A DNA stretch of 64,000 nucleotides. It comes from a virus. A program made the position numbers and the translations under genes. The stretch's first letter is position 1. Each line of letters starts with the position of its first letter. A model generated the notes under the pieces. That model saw nothing but the letters and a program-made list of their open reading frames with translations, was not told the origin of the DNA and ran no database searches. The stretch is from IMG/VR virus record IMGVR_UViG_3300044620_001243. One strand, given 5' to 3'. Positions 50,436 through 61,412 of this stretch are shown here, in pieces.

Positions 50436-51418
50436 AAAAACGTTTTGTTGTTGGTATCATGGGTTGTGCAAGTATTGCTGAGAGAATGATGATTCCGGCA
50501 ATACAAAATAGTTTGTATTTTGATTTAAAATTAATAGCGAGTAGGTCTCAATCAAAAGCAAAACAATTTGCTCAAAAGTTTAATATTGAGGCGGTAGTTG
50601 GTTATGAGAATTTATTAAACAATCCAAATATAGAAGTCATATATATGCCTCTCCCAACTGGTCTTCATTTAGAATGGGCAATAAAAACATTAAATGCGGG
50701 AAAACATTTACTTATAGAAAAATCATTAGCAAATAATTACGAAGAAACTAAAACGATAGTATCTTTAGCAAAAAAGAAAGGACTTCTTGTTATGGAAAAT
50801 TTTATGTTTCAGTATCACAGTCAGATGGGTGAATTAAGTAAATTATTAGATTCACATGTAATAGGTGATATTCGTTCTGTACATATTAGTTTTGGATTCC
50901 CACCATTCAAAGATTCCTCTAATATTCGTTACTCTCATGAGCTTGGGGGTGGGTCGTTACTTGATGCGGGGTCATATACATTGAAAATCGCTCAATTATT
51001 ACCTGTAGGTAAATTAAAAATTCAAGGAGCCAGTTTAGTTCAATCAAGAACCCATGGTGTTGATATTTCAGGAGAATGTTTTCTAACTACTAATCAAGGT
51101 ATAGGAATACACACTTCTTTTGGATTTCAACACTATTATCAGTGTAAATTAGAAATATGGGGTAGTCAAGGTAAAATCATCGCTCATCGTATTTTTACCG
51201 CTGGTCCGAATGTGATTCCTAAAATTGAAGTTGAAACAGAAAAAAAAACCATTCAAATATCTACTTCCGCAGATAATCACTTTATAAATCTATTGTCTCA
51301 TTTTGGAAATTGCTTACAACAAATGGATTTTATTGAGTCTGAATATCAATTACTTTTACAACAATCGTATTTATTGGAGGAATTAAGGTTAAAAGCCGAA
51401 ATTTTTTATCAAAATTGA
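50432..51418 (+). CDS. Gfo/Idh/MocA-family NAD(P)-dependent oxidoreductase
   Basis: N-terminal Rossmann fold (VVGIMGCASIAERM) and EKP-like (LIEKSLA). ATGA overlap with the dehydratase. Fits a 3-ketoreductase partner. Confidence 0.7.
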   Translation: MKKRFVVGIMGCASIAERMMIPAIQNSLYFDLKLIASRSQSKAKQFAQKFNIEAVVGYENLLNNPNIEVIYMPLPTGLHLEWAIKTLNAGKHLLIEKSLANNYEETKTIVSLAKKKGLLVMENFMFQYHSQMGELSKLLDSHVIGDIRSVHISFGFPPFKDSSNIRYSHELGGGSLLDAGSYTLKIAQLLPVGKLKIQGASLVQSRTHGVDISGECFLTTNQGIGIHTSFGFQHYYQCKLEIWGSQGKIIAHRIFTAGPNVIPKIEVETEKKTIQISTSADNHFINLLSHFGNCLQQMDFIESEYQLLLQQSYLLEELRLKAEIFYQN

Positions 51419-51469
51419 TAAAAAAAACACAAATACAATCTTAAAATTTACGTAAGATATTTATATCAT

Positions 51470-52702
51470 ATGAGAGAATTAATTAGAAAAATTTTATATG
51501 AGACGGTTGGTGTGCCTTCAGGTATCACCACAGTCGGAAAAAACATTTATAATAAATTAATGGAGTATTTGAGACAAAATCCGGATTTTGCTATAAATGG
51601 TCAAGAAATAAGATTTTACAATGAAGATGGACCCAACGGTCGTATATTTGACTTTGCAGATGTTGGACCAGAATATATCAATATATATATAAATTTAAGA
51701 GAAGTAGATAGTGATGAACTTAATAGATACGTTATGATAGGACTTGGTCTAAGAGAACATATCAAGTTTAACGTAGATACATTAAAAGTTGACATACCAC
51801 CAAGAAATTTCATTAGTTTAAATTTTAATATTGCATATCCGTCCAACGACACTCCAAAACCTGAAAGTGTTATTGATTTATTAAAAAAAGATACGGAAAC
51901 AGAAAAATATGATAATGGAATTGATATAATATCCTCAATCGTTCACGAAATTATGCATGATTACGATTCATTTAAAAAGAAAAGAGAGGGGGTAAGAGAA
52001 AGGACAAAATACTCAAACGCGGCGAATAAACGATTTGGTATTAAAGTTATTGATAAATTTATTTATAATACCTATTTTGTCACCAATATTGAATCGACTG
52101 TTAGACCAAGTGAGATTTTTTCTAAATTTGAATTAATGAATGTAACCCAAGAAACTTTTTTGGAAGAATTAAGAAAGACCAAAACATACGAGAAATTAAA
52201 AGAAATCGAAAGCTTTACGTATGATAAATTTATAGAAAGATTAAAAAATGAAGTTGATTTAGATAGCCCACCCAAGACAGATAATATGACCGAGGAAGAA
52301 AAAGTTAAATTATTTTTAAAGAGAGTATATGTTGCATTTCACCAAAGTTTTGTTGATTTGTTGCCAAGATTTTTAGGAATGGAAACTTTCACATCAATTT
52401 TAGATAGTGATGACACCAAAGAGAAGAAAAGAAATATGTACGATAAACTTTCCAATGAAGTTGTTAGAAACGTTGATAACCCAATAGATTATTTTCAAAA
52501 GACAATAAAAAGAAATTCATTTCTTGCTCAAAACGCAATAAAAAGGATTTCAAAAATTTATTCACTATTACCATCATCAAAAAATCAAAATAATTCAATA
52601 AATCCAAATATTGCATTAAAAGAATATGATTATTTTCCAGAAAAAAGGGTAAAGTTGGGTGGAGTAAAAATTAAACGTCTTAATTTTAAAAAAGATAACT
52701 GA
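51470..52702 (+). CDS. hypothetical protein
   Basis: 410-aa ORF. Confidence 0.4.
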   Translation: MRELIRKILYETVGVPSGITTVGKNIYNKLMEYLRQNPDFAINGQEIRFYNEDGPNGRIFDFADVGPEYINIYINLREVDSDELNRYVMIGLGLREHIKFNVDTLKVDIPPRNFISLNFNIAYPSNDTPKPESVIDLLKKDTETEKYDNGIDIISSIVHEIMHDYDSFKKKREGVRERTKYSNAANKRFGIKVIDKFIYNTYFVTNIESTVRPSEIFSKFELMNVTQETFLEELRKTKTYEKLKEIESFTYDKFIERLKNEVDLDSPPKTDNMTEEEKVKLFLKRVYVAFHQSFVDLLPRFLGMETFTSILDSDDTKEKKRNMYDKLSNEVVRNVDNPIDYFQKTIKRNSFLAQNAIKRISKIYSLLPSSKNQNNSINPNIALKEYDYFPEKRVKLGGVKIKRLNFKKDN

Positions 52703-52746
52703 AATGGTTTTTTACACATCTTGTTAATTTTATATATTTATTATAT

Positions 52747-53517
52747 ATGAAAATAATAAGATTAGTTGAAGAAATTGTTATTGATAAATATAGGTTAAAA
52801 CTATTGACCGAAAACCTTGAGGTTTTTTTATCAAAAAATGTTGGAAATGAGGGTCAGGTAACACAAGAAGAGTACGATAAAATTGATAAAACATTTAGTA
52901 AATACGGCCAGGGTTACGTTCAATGGATGGTAAGGAGAATAAATGAAAAGAAAATAAAACTTGAAGATTTAATTCAATGGGATATCATTATTGATACTTA
53001 TATTAAACCAATATACAAAAATGAATGGGCTCAAAGTGGGGTTCCAAGGGATATCAATCAAATTAAAACGTTGGATGATATTGTAATGTTATCTAAAGCA
53101 TCCCAAGATGTTAGAAGTAAACATAGAGAATCTATGGGTATTACTTCCGATGTTGATGTTCTTGATACAAATAATTATCTAAGTCCGAAAGACATTCAGA
53201 GATTAAAAAATGTGGGAATTATTTTTCATGGCATTGTTGAGGGATATCAATTATTTCAAGTACCACCTTCCGCTGCAAATTTTAATGAGGACCAATGGAA
53301 AGTTTATAAAGGAATACTCGGCCAATGTGCGAACCGTGAAAGTGAAAAAGTTGCATTATGTACGGTGGCCACATTAGAACATTTTCATCATTACCTTAAT
53401 CTACATCCAGATTCCTCTTATTGGGTTTTGTTTAATTTGGGTGACCCGTTGTCCCCATATCAGTTTCATTATGAAAGTGGTCAATTTATGCATAAAAATA
53501 ATCTTACCATCTTATAA
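52747..53517 (+). CDS. hypothetical protein
   Basis: 256-aa ORF. Confidence 0.4.
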   Translation: MKIIRLVEEIVIDKYRLKLLTENLEVFLSKNVGNEGQVTQEEYDKIDKTFSKYGQGYVQWMVRRINEKKIKLEDLIQWDIIIDTYIKPIYKNEWAQSGVPRDINQIKTLDDIVMLSKASQDVRSKHRESMGITSDVDVLDTNNYLSPKDIQRLKNVGIIFHGIVEGYQLFQVPPSAANFNEDQWKVYKGILGQCANRESEKVALCTVATLEHFHHYLNLHPDSSYWVLFNLGDPLSPYQFHYESGQFMHKNNLTIL

Positions 53518-53524
53518 TTAGAAA

Positions 53525-54256
53525 ATGGATAAAGATAAATTAAAAAATATCATTACCAGAATTGGTCAAATAAATCCAAAATATGAATTGGAAAATATTC
53601 TGCCTCAATCGCCAAAATTAATTAAATTAATGCCTAAATTAATTCAACTCATGGGTGACCCATTAGAAGATGCTCAATTGGCTGCAGTTAAAAAAGATGG
53701 TTTAACAATCGAATATATCGTTAAAGGTGGAATCACCCCATCAGAAGATGTTCAATTGGCTGCAGTTAACGAAAATGGTTATGCAATCCAATATATCATT
53801 AATGGTGGAATCGTCCCATCAGAAGGTGTTCAATTGGCTGCAGTTAACAAAAAGGGTTATGCAATCTCAAATATCATTAAAGGTGGAATCGTCCCATCAG
53901 AAGATGTTCAATTGGCCGCAGTTAACGAAGAGGGTTATGCAATAGGATATATCATTGATGGTGGAATCGTCCCATCAGAAGGTGTTCAATTGGCCGCAGT
54001 TAATAATAATGGTTATGCAATCCAACATATCATTAATGGTGGAATCGTTCCATCAGAAGGTGTTCAATTGGCCGCAGTTAACAAAAAGGGTTTATCAATC
54101 GAATATATCATTGATGCCGGAATCATTCCATCAGAAGATGTTCAATTTGGAGCAGTTAATTATAATGGTTTATCAATCCAATATATCATTGATGCTGGAA
54201 TCACCCCATCAGAACGTGTAAAAGAACTTGCTCGTTCCAAGGGTGTTCAAATATAA
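53525..54256 (+). CDS. DUF4116-like repeat protein (paralog 1 of 3)
   Basis: N-terminus MDKDKLKNIITRIGQINPKYELENI, then about eight 24-aa repeats (GI(T/V)PSEDVQLAAVNxNGYAIQYII). C-terminus SERVKELARSKGV. Confidence 0.5.
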   Translation: MDKDKLKNIITRIGQINPKYELENILPQSPKLIKLMPKLIQLMGDPLEDAQLAAVKKDGLTIEYIVKGGITPSEDVQLAAVNENGYAIQYIINGGIVPSEGVQLAAVNKKGYAISNIIKGGIVPSEDVQLAAVNEEGYAIGYIIDGGIVPSEGVQLAAVNNNGYAIQHIINGGIVPSEGVQLAAVNKKGLSIEYIIDAGIIPSEDVQFGAVNYNGLSIQYIIDAGITPSERVKELARSKGVQI

Positions 54257-54261
54257 ATAAC

Positions 54262-54897
54262 ATGGATAAAGATAAATTAAAAAATATCATTACCAGAATT
54301 GGTCAAATAAATCCAAAATATGAATTGGAAAATATTCTGCCCCAATCACCAAAATTAATTCAATTCATGGATAATCCATCAGAAGATGTTCAATTGGCCG
54401 CAGTTAAAAAAGATGGTTTAACAATCTATTATATCATTGAAGCCGGAATCGTCCCATCTGAAGATGTTCAATTGGCTGCAGTTAATAATAATGGTTCATC
54501 AATCTATCAAATCATATATGATGCTGGAATCACCCCATCAGAAGATGTTCAATTGGTTGCAGTTAAAAAAGTGGGCGACTTAATCTATGATATCATTAAA
54601 GTCGGAATAACCCCATCAGAAGATGTTCAATTGGCTGCGGTTAATAATAATGGTTCATCAATAGGATATATCATTAACGGTGGAATCACCCCATCAGAAG
54701 ATGTTCAATTGGCCGCTGCTAATCAAAATGGTAGGGTAATCCAATATATCATTAAAGCTGGAATCACCCCATCAGAAGATGTTCAATTGGCCGCAGTTAA
54801 TAATAATGGTTATGCAATCCAACATATCATTAACGCCCGAATCACCCCATCAGAACGTGTAAAAGAACTTGCTCGTTCCAAGGGTGTTAATATATAA
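54262..54897 (+). CDS. DUF4116-like repeat protein (paralog 2)
   Basis: The first 100 or so nt are nearly identical to paralog 1. Same repeat and C-terminal block. Confidence 0.5.
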   Translation: MDKDKLKNIITRIGQINPKYELENILPQSPKLIQFMDNPSEDVQLAAVKKDGLTIYYIIEAGIVPSEDVQLAAVNNNGSSIYQIIYDAGITPSEDVQLVAVKKVGDLIYDIIKVGITPSEDVQLAAVNNNGSSIGYIINGGITPSEDVQLAAANQNGRVIQYIIKAGITPSEDVQLAAVNNNGYAIQHIINARITPSERVKELARSKGVNI

Positions 54898-54902
54898 GTT
54901 AT

Positions 54903-55616
54903 ATGGATAAAGATAAATTAAAAAATATCATTACCAGAATTGGTCAAATAAATCCAAAATATGAATTGGAAAATATTGTGCAGCAAGCGCCACAATTAAT
55001 TCAATTCATGGATAATCCATCTGAAGAAATTCAATTGGCCGCGGTTGAAAAAGATGGTAAATATATAAAAAATATTATTGAAAGTGGAATCAAACCATCA
55101 GAAGATGTTCAATGGACAGCTGTTAATCAAGGTGGTCAGTCACTTTATTTTATCCTTGAAGCCGGAATCGTCCCATCTGAAGATGTTCAGTTGGCAGCGG
55201 TTAGAAGTAGAGGTTCGGCAATCCAATTTATCATTGAAGCTGGAATCATTCCATCAGAAGATGTTCAATGGTTTGCGGTTAACGAAAATGGTTATGTAAT
55301 CCAAGATATCATTGATGCCGGAATCACCCCATCAGAACGTGTTCAATTGGCCACAGTTAATTATAATGGTTTGTTAATCAAATATATCATTGATGTCGGA
55401 ATCACCCCATCAGAACGTGTTCAATTGGCTGCTGTTAATCAAAATGGTTTGTCAATCAAAGATATCATTGAAGCCGGAATCGTCCCATCTGAAGATGTTC
55501 AGTTGACTGCAGTTAGAAGTAGAGGTTCGGCAATCCAATTTATCATTTATAATGGTGGAATCAAACCATCAGAACGTGTAAAAGAACTTGCTCGTTCCAA
55601 GGGTATTAATATATAA
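54903..55616 (+). CDS. DUF4116-like repeat protein (paralog 3)
   Basis: Same N- and C-terminal blocks, with the repeats more diverged. Confidence 0.5.
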   Translation: MDKDKLKNIITRIGQINPKYELENIVQQAPQLIQFMDNPSEEIQLAAVEKDGKYIKNIIESGIKPSEDVQWTAVNQGGQSLYFILEAGIVPSEDVQLAAVRSRGSAIQFIIEAGIIPSEDVQWFAVNENGYVIQDIIDAGITPSERVQLATVNYNGLLIKYIIDVGITPSERVQLAAVNQNGLSIKDIIEAGIVPSEDVQLTAVRSRGSAIQFIIYNGGIKPSERVKELARSKGINI

Positions 55617-55621
55617 ATAAC

Positions 55622-56194
55622 ATGGAAAAAAATCTAAATGAAGAGATTTCAAGAATAAAATCAATAATCAATTTTATGAATGAAAATGAATTGCCCAAAA
55701 ATTCTGGAGACTTAATAAGGATGTTACCTGAAAAGTTAAAAGAATTATTTTTCAATCAATGGAAAGCAAAACAAAACCCAAAATGGCACCCCGAAGGTAA
55801 CACATTGAAACATATTCTTGTTGTAATTAAAAGGGCTTATCATTATTATCCTGATGACCCCAATATGATTATGGCGGCGTTGTTTCATGATTTGGGGAAA
55901 ATTGATACATACAACATTAACCCAAAAACGGGGGAACCAACTGCGTATGGTCATGAGAACAAGTCAGTGCAATATGTGGAAGAATTCAAAGATTGGATTC
56001 AGAGTTTTGAGGGAACGAACGTGGAAGAGATTAAATATTTGGTTAAAAACCATATGAAGGTAAAACCATCCACATGGGACTCAATGAGGGATATTAAGAA
56101 AGAACCGATACAATCACACCCCGCATTTGATAAATTAATGGGTTTTACAAGTAAATTGGATGGTGGGGGGATTAATTTGGAAAAAAATATTTAA
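55622..56194 (+). CDS. HD-domain phosphohydrolase (CCA-enzyme C-terminal-domain-like 2',3'-cyclic phosphodiesterase)
   Basis: KWHPEGNTLKH…LFHDLGK matches the KWHPE…H…HDxGK pattern of the bacterial CCA-adding enzyme HD domain. Confidence 0.5.
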   Translation: MEKNLNEEISRIKSIINFMNENELPKNSGDLIRMLPEKLKELFFNQWKAKQNPKWHPEGNTLKHILVVIKRAYHYYPDDPNMIMAALFHDLGKIDTYNINPKTGEPTAYGHENKSVQYVEEFKDWIQSFEGTNVEEIKYLVKNHMKVKPSTWDSMRDIKKEPIQSHPAFDKLMGFTSKLDGGGINLEKNI

Positions 56195-56830
56195 ACAAAA
56201 AAGTTAATTTTTTTGGAAGTATGGTATCTTTTACTTATCTTTGTAGAAGATGAAAACAAATCTATTCATGGAAATATTAATTTATATTGGGTTTATCTTG
56301 TGGTTTTTTGCGGGATATAATATGGGTGTGTGTGACCAAAGAATGAAAAATTTATTTAAAAATAAATAAATCCAAAATGGGAACCGAAGTAAAATTGTTT
56401 GTCAAATACAATGAAATTGACGGTAGGTCATATTTTGATTTAAGTGTTGGTGATGGTAATAAAGACATATCTTTACGTGATATTCGTGCAATATTAACTG
56501 GTGCCGTTGCTATGACCATTAGATTATCTGAAAATGATGTCGAGGCAATGACAGAGGTTATAAACTTATTGAATGAACAATTTGTGAGTCCTCATGCATT
56601 CGAAGATGGTAAATTAAAAAAAATAATATGATATTACTTAGACAACAAAAAGTATTGGTGACTGGTGATGAATACGCCGGCGATATTCAGAACAAGATTG
56701 ACAAAATCTTGGAAGATGGTTGGTTCATTGTATCTGTAACAGCACAACACATATCAACAGGTAGTAGTAGTTATCTAAGAGGAGGTTATCTCATCGTGTT
56801 TGAAAGAACCATTAGTTAAATCCAAAACCG

Positions 56831-57448
56831 ATGCAAAAAGTTATTTTCTTGGATATTGATGGGGTAATGAACTCACATATTTTCTATGAACAAAGGCATA
56901 GAAAAAGATGGTTGAAATGGAGAACTTATTATTTTTTGATTAGAAGATTTTTGGGGATTAAATCCAAATCCGTGAGTCTTGCTAACCACAAAACACCCAA
57001 ATCCCATTGCACATACCAACACCAATTTAAAAGATTAAAAGAAGAGACTTGTCAGCAAAAATGGAAATGGCTTGCTAATTTCTGCAACGAGACTGGAACT
57101 AAAATTTGTGTATCATCTGTGTGGAGATTTCATTTTGGAAATGAAGAATCGGTTATACCCCTGTGGTGGGAACGAGCACTGATTGATTTGGGTTTCAACG
57201 AAGGAACATTTGTTGGTATCACCGACAGATTGGGAATGAGAGGAGAAGAAATCAAGGATTGGCTTCAAAAAAATCAGGAAGTTCAGGAATATGCAATTTT
57301 AGATGATGACTCTGATATGCTACCTGAACAGATGGATAAATTTTATCATTGTGATGGATATTTTGGTCTTTCTCCCAATCACTTATATCGTATCCAAAGA
57401 GCCTTCTCGGGTAAAAGTAAATATGGACATTTGAATAAAACCGTATAA
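56831..57448 (+). CDS. HAD-like hydrolase
   Basis: VIFLDIDGVMN (motif I) and ILDDDSD (motif IV-like). Confidence 0.45.
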   Translation: MQKVIFLDIDGVMNSHIFYEQRHRKRWLKWRTYYFLIRRFLGIKSKSVSLANHKTPKSHCTYQHQFKRLKEETCQQKWKWLANFCNETGTKICVSSVWRFHFGNEESVIPLWWERALIDLGFNEGTFVGITDRLGMRGEEIKDWLQKNQEVQEYAILDDDSDMLPEQMDKFYHCDGYFGLSPNHLYRIQRAFSGKSKYGHLNKTV

Positions 57449-57467
57449 ATTTATAATTCAAAATCGA

Positions 57468-58595
57468 ATGAGACACGAAAAATTGATTGAAAAACATTTA
57501 GGTATTAACACACCTGATTGGGTTAAAGAAAAAGTAAATAATGCCATAGATGAAGCACTTGGTTATAATTTGAAAAAATCTGAAGAACTCACACCATACA
57601 TTGAATACTACTCCAACGGAAATGTACTTGTCAAAGGACAAAAGAACTCCAAAGGACAAGAAGAAGGTCTTTGGGAGTGGTTCTATAAAAACGGAAACAT
57701 CCGTATGAGAATCCCATACAAAGAGGGTAAGGAAGATGGAATTGAGGAGGTTTTCTATGAAAACGGAAACATCAGTATGAGAATCCCATACAAGGAGGGT
57801 AAGATGGATGGAATTCGGGAGTGGTTTGATAAACAATGGAACATCAAAGCAAGAATCCCATTCAAAGAGGGTAAGGAGGATGGAATTGCGGAGTGGTTTG
57901 ATGAACAGGGAAACATCACCGAAACCCGTGTATGTAAAAATGGTGAAGTAATTGAAATAACTAAACCCGAACTCACACCCCACATCGAATACTACTCCAA
58001 CGGGAACGTAAGGGTCAAAGGACAAAGGAATTCCAAAGGACAACGAGAAGGTATTTGGGAGTGGTTTTTTGAGAACGGAAACATCCTATGTAGAACCCCG
58101 TACAAAGAGGGTAATATGGATGGTATTGAGGAGTTGTTCTATGAAAACGGAAACACCAAATGGAGAATCCCATACAAAAATGGCGTGGAGGATGGAGTTC
58201 AGGAGTGTTTTGATGAACAGGGAAACATCACCGCGACCAGTCATTGGAAAGATGGTGAAGTAATTGAAGAAACTAAACCCGAACTCACACCCCACATTGA
58301 ATACTACCCCAACGGAAATGTATGGTTCAAAGGTCAAAAGAACTCCAAAGGACAACGAGAGGGGATTTGGGAGATTTTTTGGATGAACGGAAACATCGAA
58401 TGGAGAACTTCTTACAAAGAGGGTAAGGAGGATGGTATTGATGAGGGGTTCTATTCAGACGGAAACATCCGTTGTAGAACCCCATACAAAGAGGGTAAGG
58501 AGGATGGAATTGAGGAGCGGTTTGATGAACAAGGAAACATCACCGAAACCCGTCATTGGAAAGACGGGGAAATAATTGAAGAAACTAAACACTAA
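57468..58595 (+). CDS. YwqK/MORN-variant repeat protein
   Basis: 375 aa with at least 12 repeats. Paralog of 37007..38032 and 33973..34452. Confidence 0.6.
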   Translation: MRHEKLIEKHLGINTPDWVKEKVNNAIDEALGYNLKKSEELTPYIEYYSNGNVLVKGQKNSKGQEEGLWEWFYKNGNIRMRIPYKEGKEDGIEEVFYENGNISMRIPYKEGKMDGIREWFDKQWNIKARIPFKEGKEDGIAEWFDEQGNITETRVCKNGEVIEITKPELTPHIEYYSNGNVRVKGQRNSKGQREGIWEWFFENGNILCRTPYKEGNMDGIEELFYENGNTKWRIPYKNGVEDGVQECFDEQGNITATSHWKDGEVIEETKPELTPHIEYYPNGNVWFKGQKNSKGQREGIWEIFWMNGNIEWRTSYKEGKEDGIDEGFYSDGNIRCRTPYKEGKEDGIEERFDEQGNITETRHWKDGEIIEETKH

Positions 58596-58598
58596 ACT

Positions 58599-59222
58599 AT
58601 GACACACAACATCATTAAAACAGACAACTATCTTTTTATTGGTTCTGATGATGACATTAGAAGAGGATTGTTTTATTGTGTAAGAAGGAAAAATATTTTC
58701 CAAGATGAGGGTGAAGATATTCATTGTTGTATGGGAGATATCAGAATTATGGCCCACTTACCACTCAACAACTCACCTGTTCTTGAAGGTATAGACTTAT
58801 TACCCGCTTTAGAGGATGGTGTTGAGAAGTTGGCTGAGGAATTTAAAAGTTCATATAAAAAAGTTGGAGTTACTGATTATGAGGTTTCATCATTTATTGT
58901 AGGCTACAACAAAGCCAAAGAGAAGTACAAGTACACAGAAGAAGATTTGAGAGAAGCTTTATTTGAAGTATTAAATACATCAAAAGAAGAATGTTGTGCA
59001 ACTCATACGAAAGATAGTATTGTTCGTAGAGTAATCAAATCCCTCCAACAACCAAAGATACCTGATGCTTTTGAGTGTGAGATGGTAACTATGAACAAAG
59101 GTTATACTGAAGAATCTGACTATCCGTATCAACAGTGTGATATACCAAAAATCACAACCAACTCACAAGGTCTCACGCAGTGGGTTGGTAGCTATATCTT
59201 TAAAACCAAAAATCAAAACTAA
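58599..59222 (+). CDS. hypothetical protein
   Basis: 207-aa ORF. Confidence 0.4.
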   Translation: MTHNIIKTDNYLFIGSDDDIRRGLFYCVRRKNIFQDEGEDIHCCMGDIRIMAHLPLNNSPVLEGIDLLPALEDGVEKLAEEFKSSYKKVGVTDYEVSSFIVGYNKAKEKYKYTEEDLREALFEVLNTSKEECCATHTKDSIVRRVIKSLQQPKIPDAFECEMVTMNKGYTEESDYPYQQCDIPKITTNSQGLTQWVGSYIFKTKNQN

Positions 59223-59570
59223 ATTAAAAATTATGCAAAATTTAATCTCAACCGAATTATACGAAGTAACCGAAAAACTTTACAGAGATATGAACCCAAA
59301 TGGCAGGATGTCAGAACCACCGAGTAGTGTCTATGTTACTGTTATTGAAAAGTGGTATCCCGAATACCGGCAATCAAATTCCGAATTGAGTTTCTACGAA
59401 TGGTGTAAAAAAAATAAAAGTAATTAAATATGATAGGACTTATTATTTTCGGATTGTTGATTTTTTGGATTATTATAACGGAAGGAAATATTTTTCTTCG
59501 CGATAATGACGATGATTGGGACGGAACAAATCAAAGTATAGATTTGTGATTATTTTCAAAAATAATTTTT

Positions 59571-59608
59571 TTTTTTGAACTTGTAGTTAGTATATTTACA
59601 CCATCAAA
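59571..59608 (+). promoter_or_regulatory. promoter box (AGTATATTTACACCAT)
   Basis: Third copy of the extended motif, upstream of ATG 59621. Confidence 0.45.
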
Positions 59609-60239
59609 TCAAGATTAAAAATGTACGAAGCAAAATACGTAATCGTTGAAGGGAGTGGAATCATCTTTTCCGCAGCAATCCAACACAAAGACATGGTTGG
59701 TTATAATGAAAAATGCGAAGGTGCTGGGTTCGTAAGGTTTGCCGTTGAAAAAGATAGCTACGGCGATGACATCATCGTTGCCCAATGCTACGGCGAGTCC
59801 ATTTCATTGGGTATCGAATCTCGACCAGAAAAAGATTCAAAAATTCTAACGCGTCAAATCACCAATCCTTTTTGAATGTAAAACTAAAAAATATTAAAAC
59901 GATGATAACAATTTCAACTCTATTCATTTTGCTGTACTCATACAGTCTGTATAAAATTAGAAAAGACTCTGGGTCTTGGAAAGAATTCGACCCATTTGGG
60001 AGTAGTCTATTTGTCTCGTTGGTATTCATATTCGGTACATCAGCAATCATAGTATGTGTGTTAGGAATTCTAGGTTATGTGGTACAAAATAATTTAATAC
60101 CCTAAATAATACAAAACATGAAAAAAGAAAAAACATATTTTGATGGAATTATAGTAGGGTTTGGTATAACTTTTATACTTTATTCAATCTTGTTAGGTTA
60201 TATCATTTCAATCTTAACACCATAAAACTCTTCAACCAC

Positions 60240-60947
60240 ATGTACGTAGTATACGCAAAGAATGATTTCACTCTTTTAGGAAAAGAGTATTTCGGTACTG
60301 ACGAAAAAAGTATCATCGGCTTTCATGACCCAGTTAGAGCTTCTCACTTTGAATCTGTTGAAGCGGCAGAAGAGTTCTGTAAACTTTTTGACTATCCAGA
60401 TAGAAAGATAGAACCTCTGTCAAAACACATAAAGCTTTTTCAAAAGTGCACTTATGTTTACAGAAAGATTGATAAGCTAGATGACTGTATAAACATCAAG
60501 TATGATGAGAAAAAGCACGATGCTCTCGCAGTTCTTGATTGGAGAATGAAACATGCTAAAGAACCAGAAAGAGCGGTTGCTTATGAGAACTATCGAACTT
60601 GGCCAGATTTGTATTCTGTATTTACATACTTATTCAAACTCACTAGATACTACTCAAGAGATTACAAATCCCTGTTCTATTCGGTTCAGTTAAAGACTCC
60701 AAAGAACGGAAACTACGAGGCTTTTTACAAGGAATTCGCACTCGTTCTTGACTATTGTACTTTTGTAGATGAGGATGGCAGAAAGGTATTTGACATTATA
60801 GACCTCGAACTTTGTGAATATGAAAGAAGAAGATTATGTTTCGGTGGAGAAGATGATTGCACCATTTCAAATGGTAGGCGCGACATCTTCAAGGGAACTC
60901 TGAAAGAGTGTTTTGAGGAAATGAGAAAAGACTTTTGGTATAACTGA
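60240..60947 (+). CDS. hypothetical protein
   Basis: 235-aa ORF. Confidence 0.4.
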   Translation: MYVVYAKNDFTLLGKEYFGTDEKSIIGFHDPVRASHFESVEAAEEFCKLFDYPDRKIEPLSKHIKLFQKCTYVYRKIDKLDDCINIKYDEKKHDALAVLDWRMKHAKEPERAVAYENYRTWPDLYSVFTYLFKLTRYYSRDYKSLFYSVQLKTPKNGNYEAFYKEFALVLDYCTFVDEDGRKVFDIIDLELCEYERRRLCFGGEDDCTISNGRRDIFKGTLKECFEEMRKDFWYN

Positions 60948-61015
60948 TATTCCAAGAAATCTTTACCCAGATTTGAATCCTATCTTGACAACAAAAAAAA
61001 CAAAAAACAAAACAA

Positions 61016-61222
61016 ATGAAAAACAAAGTTTGGAACAAAACAGTTATTGCAACTGAAGAACAAAACGTAAGCATTTATCCGACAGATGAGTTTGATGGCA
61101 TTATAGTTGAAACAAAAGAGTTGGACGATAAAACATTAAATGGTAAGTTGTATCTTAACAAAGATGAAATGGAACTGTTGATTCAGAAAATGGTGGAAAT
61201 GATGAATTACGTAAAAAGTTAA
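61016..61222 (+). CDS. small hypothetical protein (leader AAAACAAAACAAATG)
   Basis: 68 aa. Preceded by a degenerate tRNA 3'-half remnant (60978-61003) and the conserved leader. Confidence 0.35.
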   Translation: MKNKVWNKTVIATEEQNVSIYPTDEFDGIIVETKELDDKTLNGKLYLNKDEMELLIQKMVEMMNYVKS

Positions 61223-61412
61223 TCGAATCCTGACTGCAAATCAAATCAACTAAAAACAAAACAAATGAAAAATAAGTTAAAAACAATTTGGCATGATTTT
61301 TGGACTGACCCCCTATACTACATTGTAATTATGTCGTATATTGGTTTGCTTTTAATTATGTTAATAGTTAGTGTGGCTTGGTTTATCCAACCTTTAATAA
61401 AATAACAAAACA

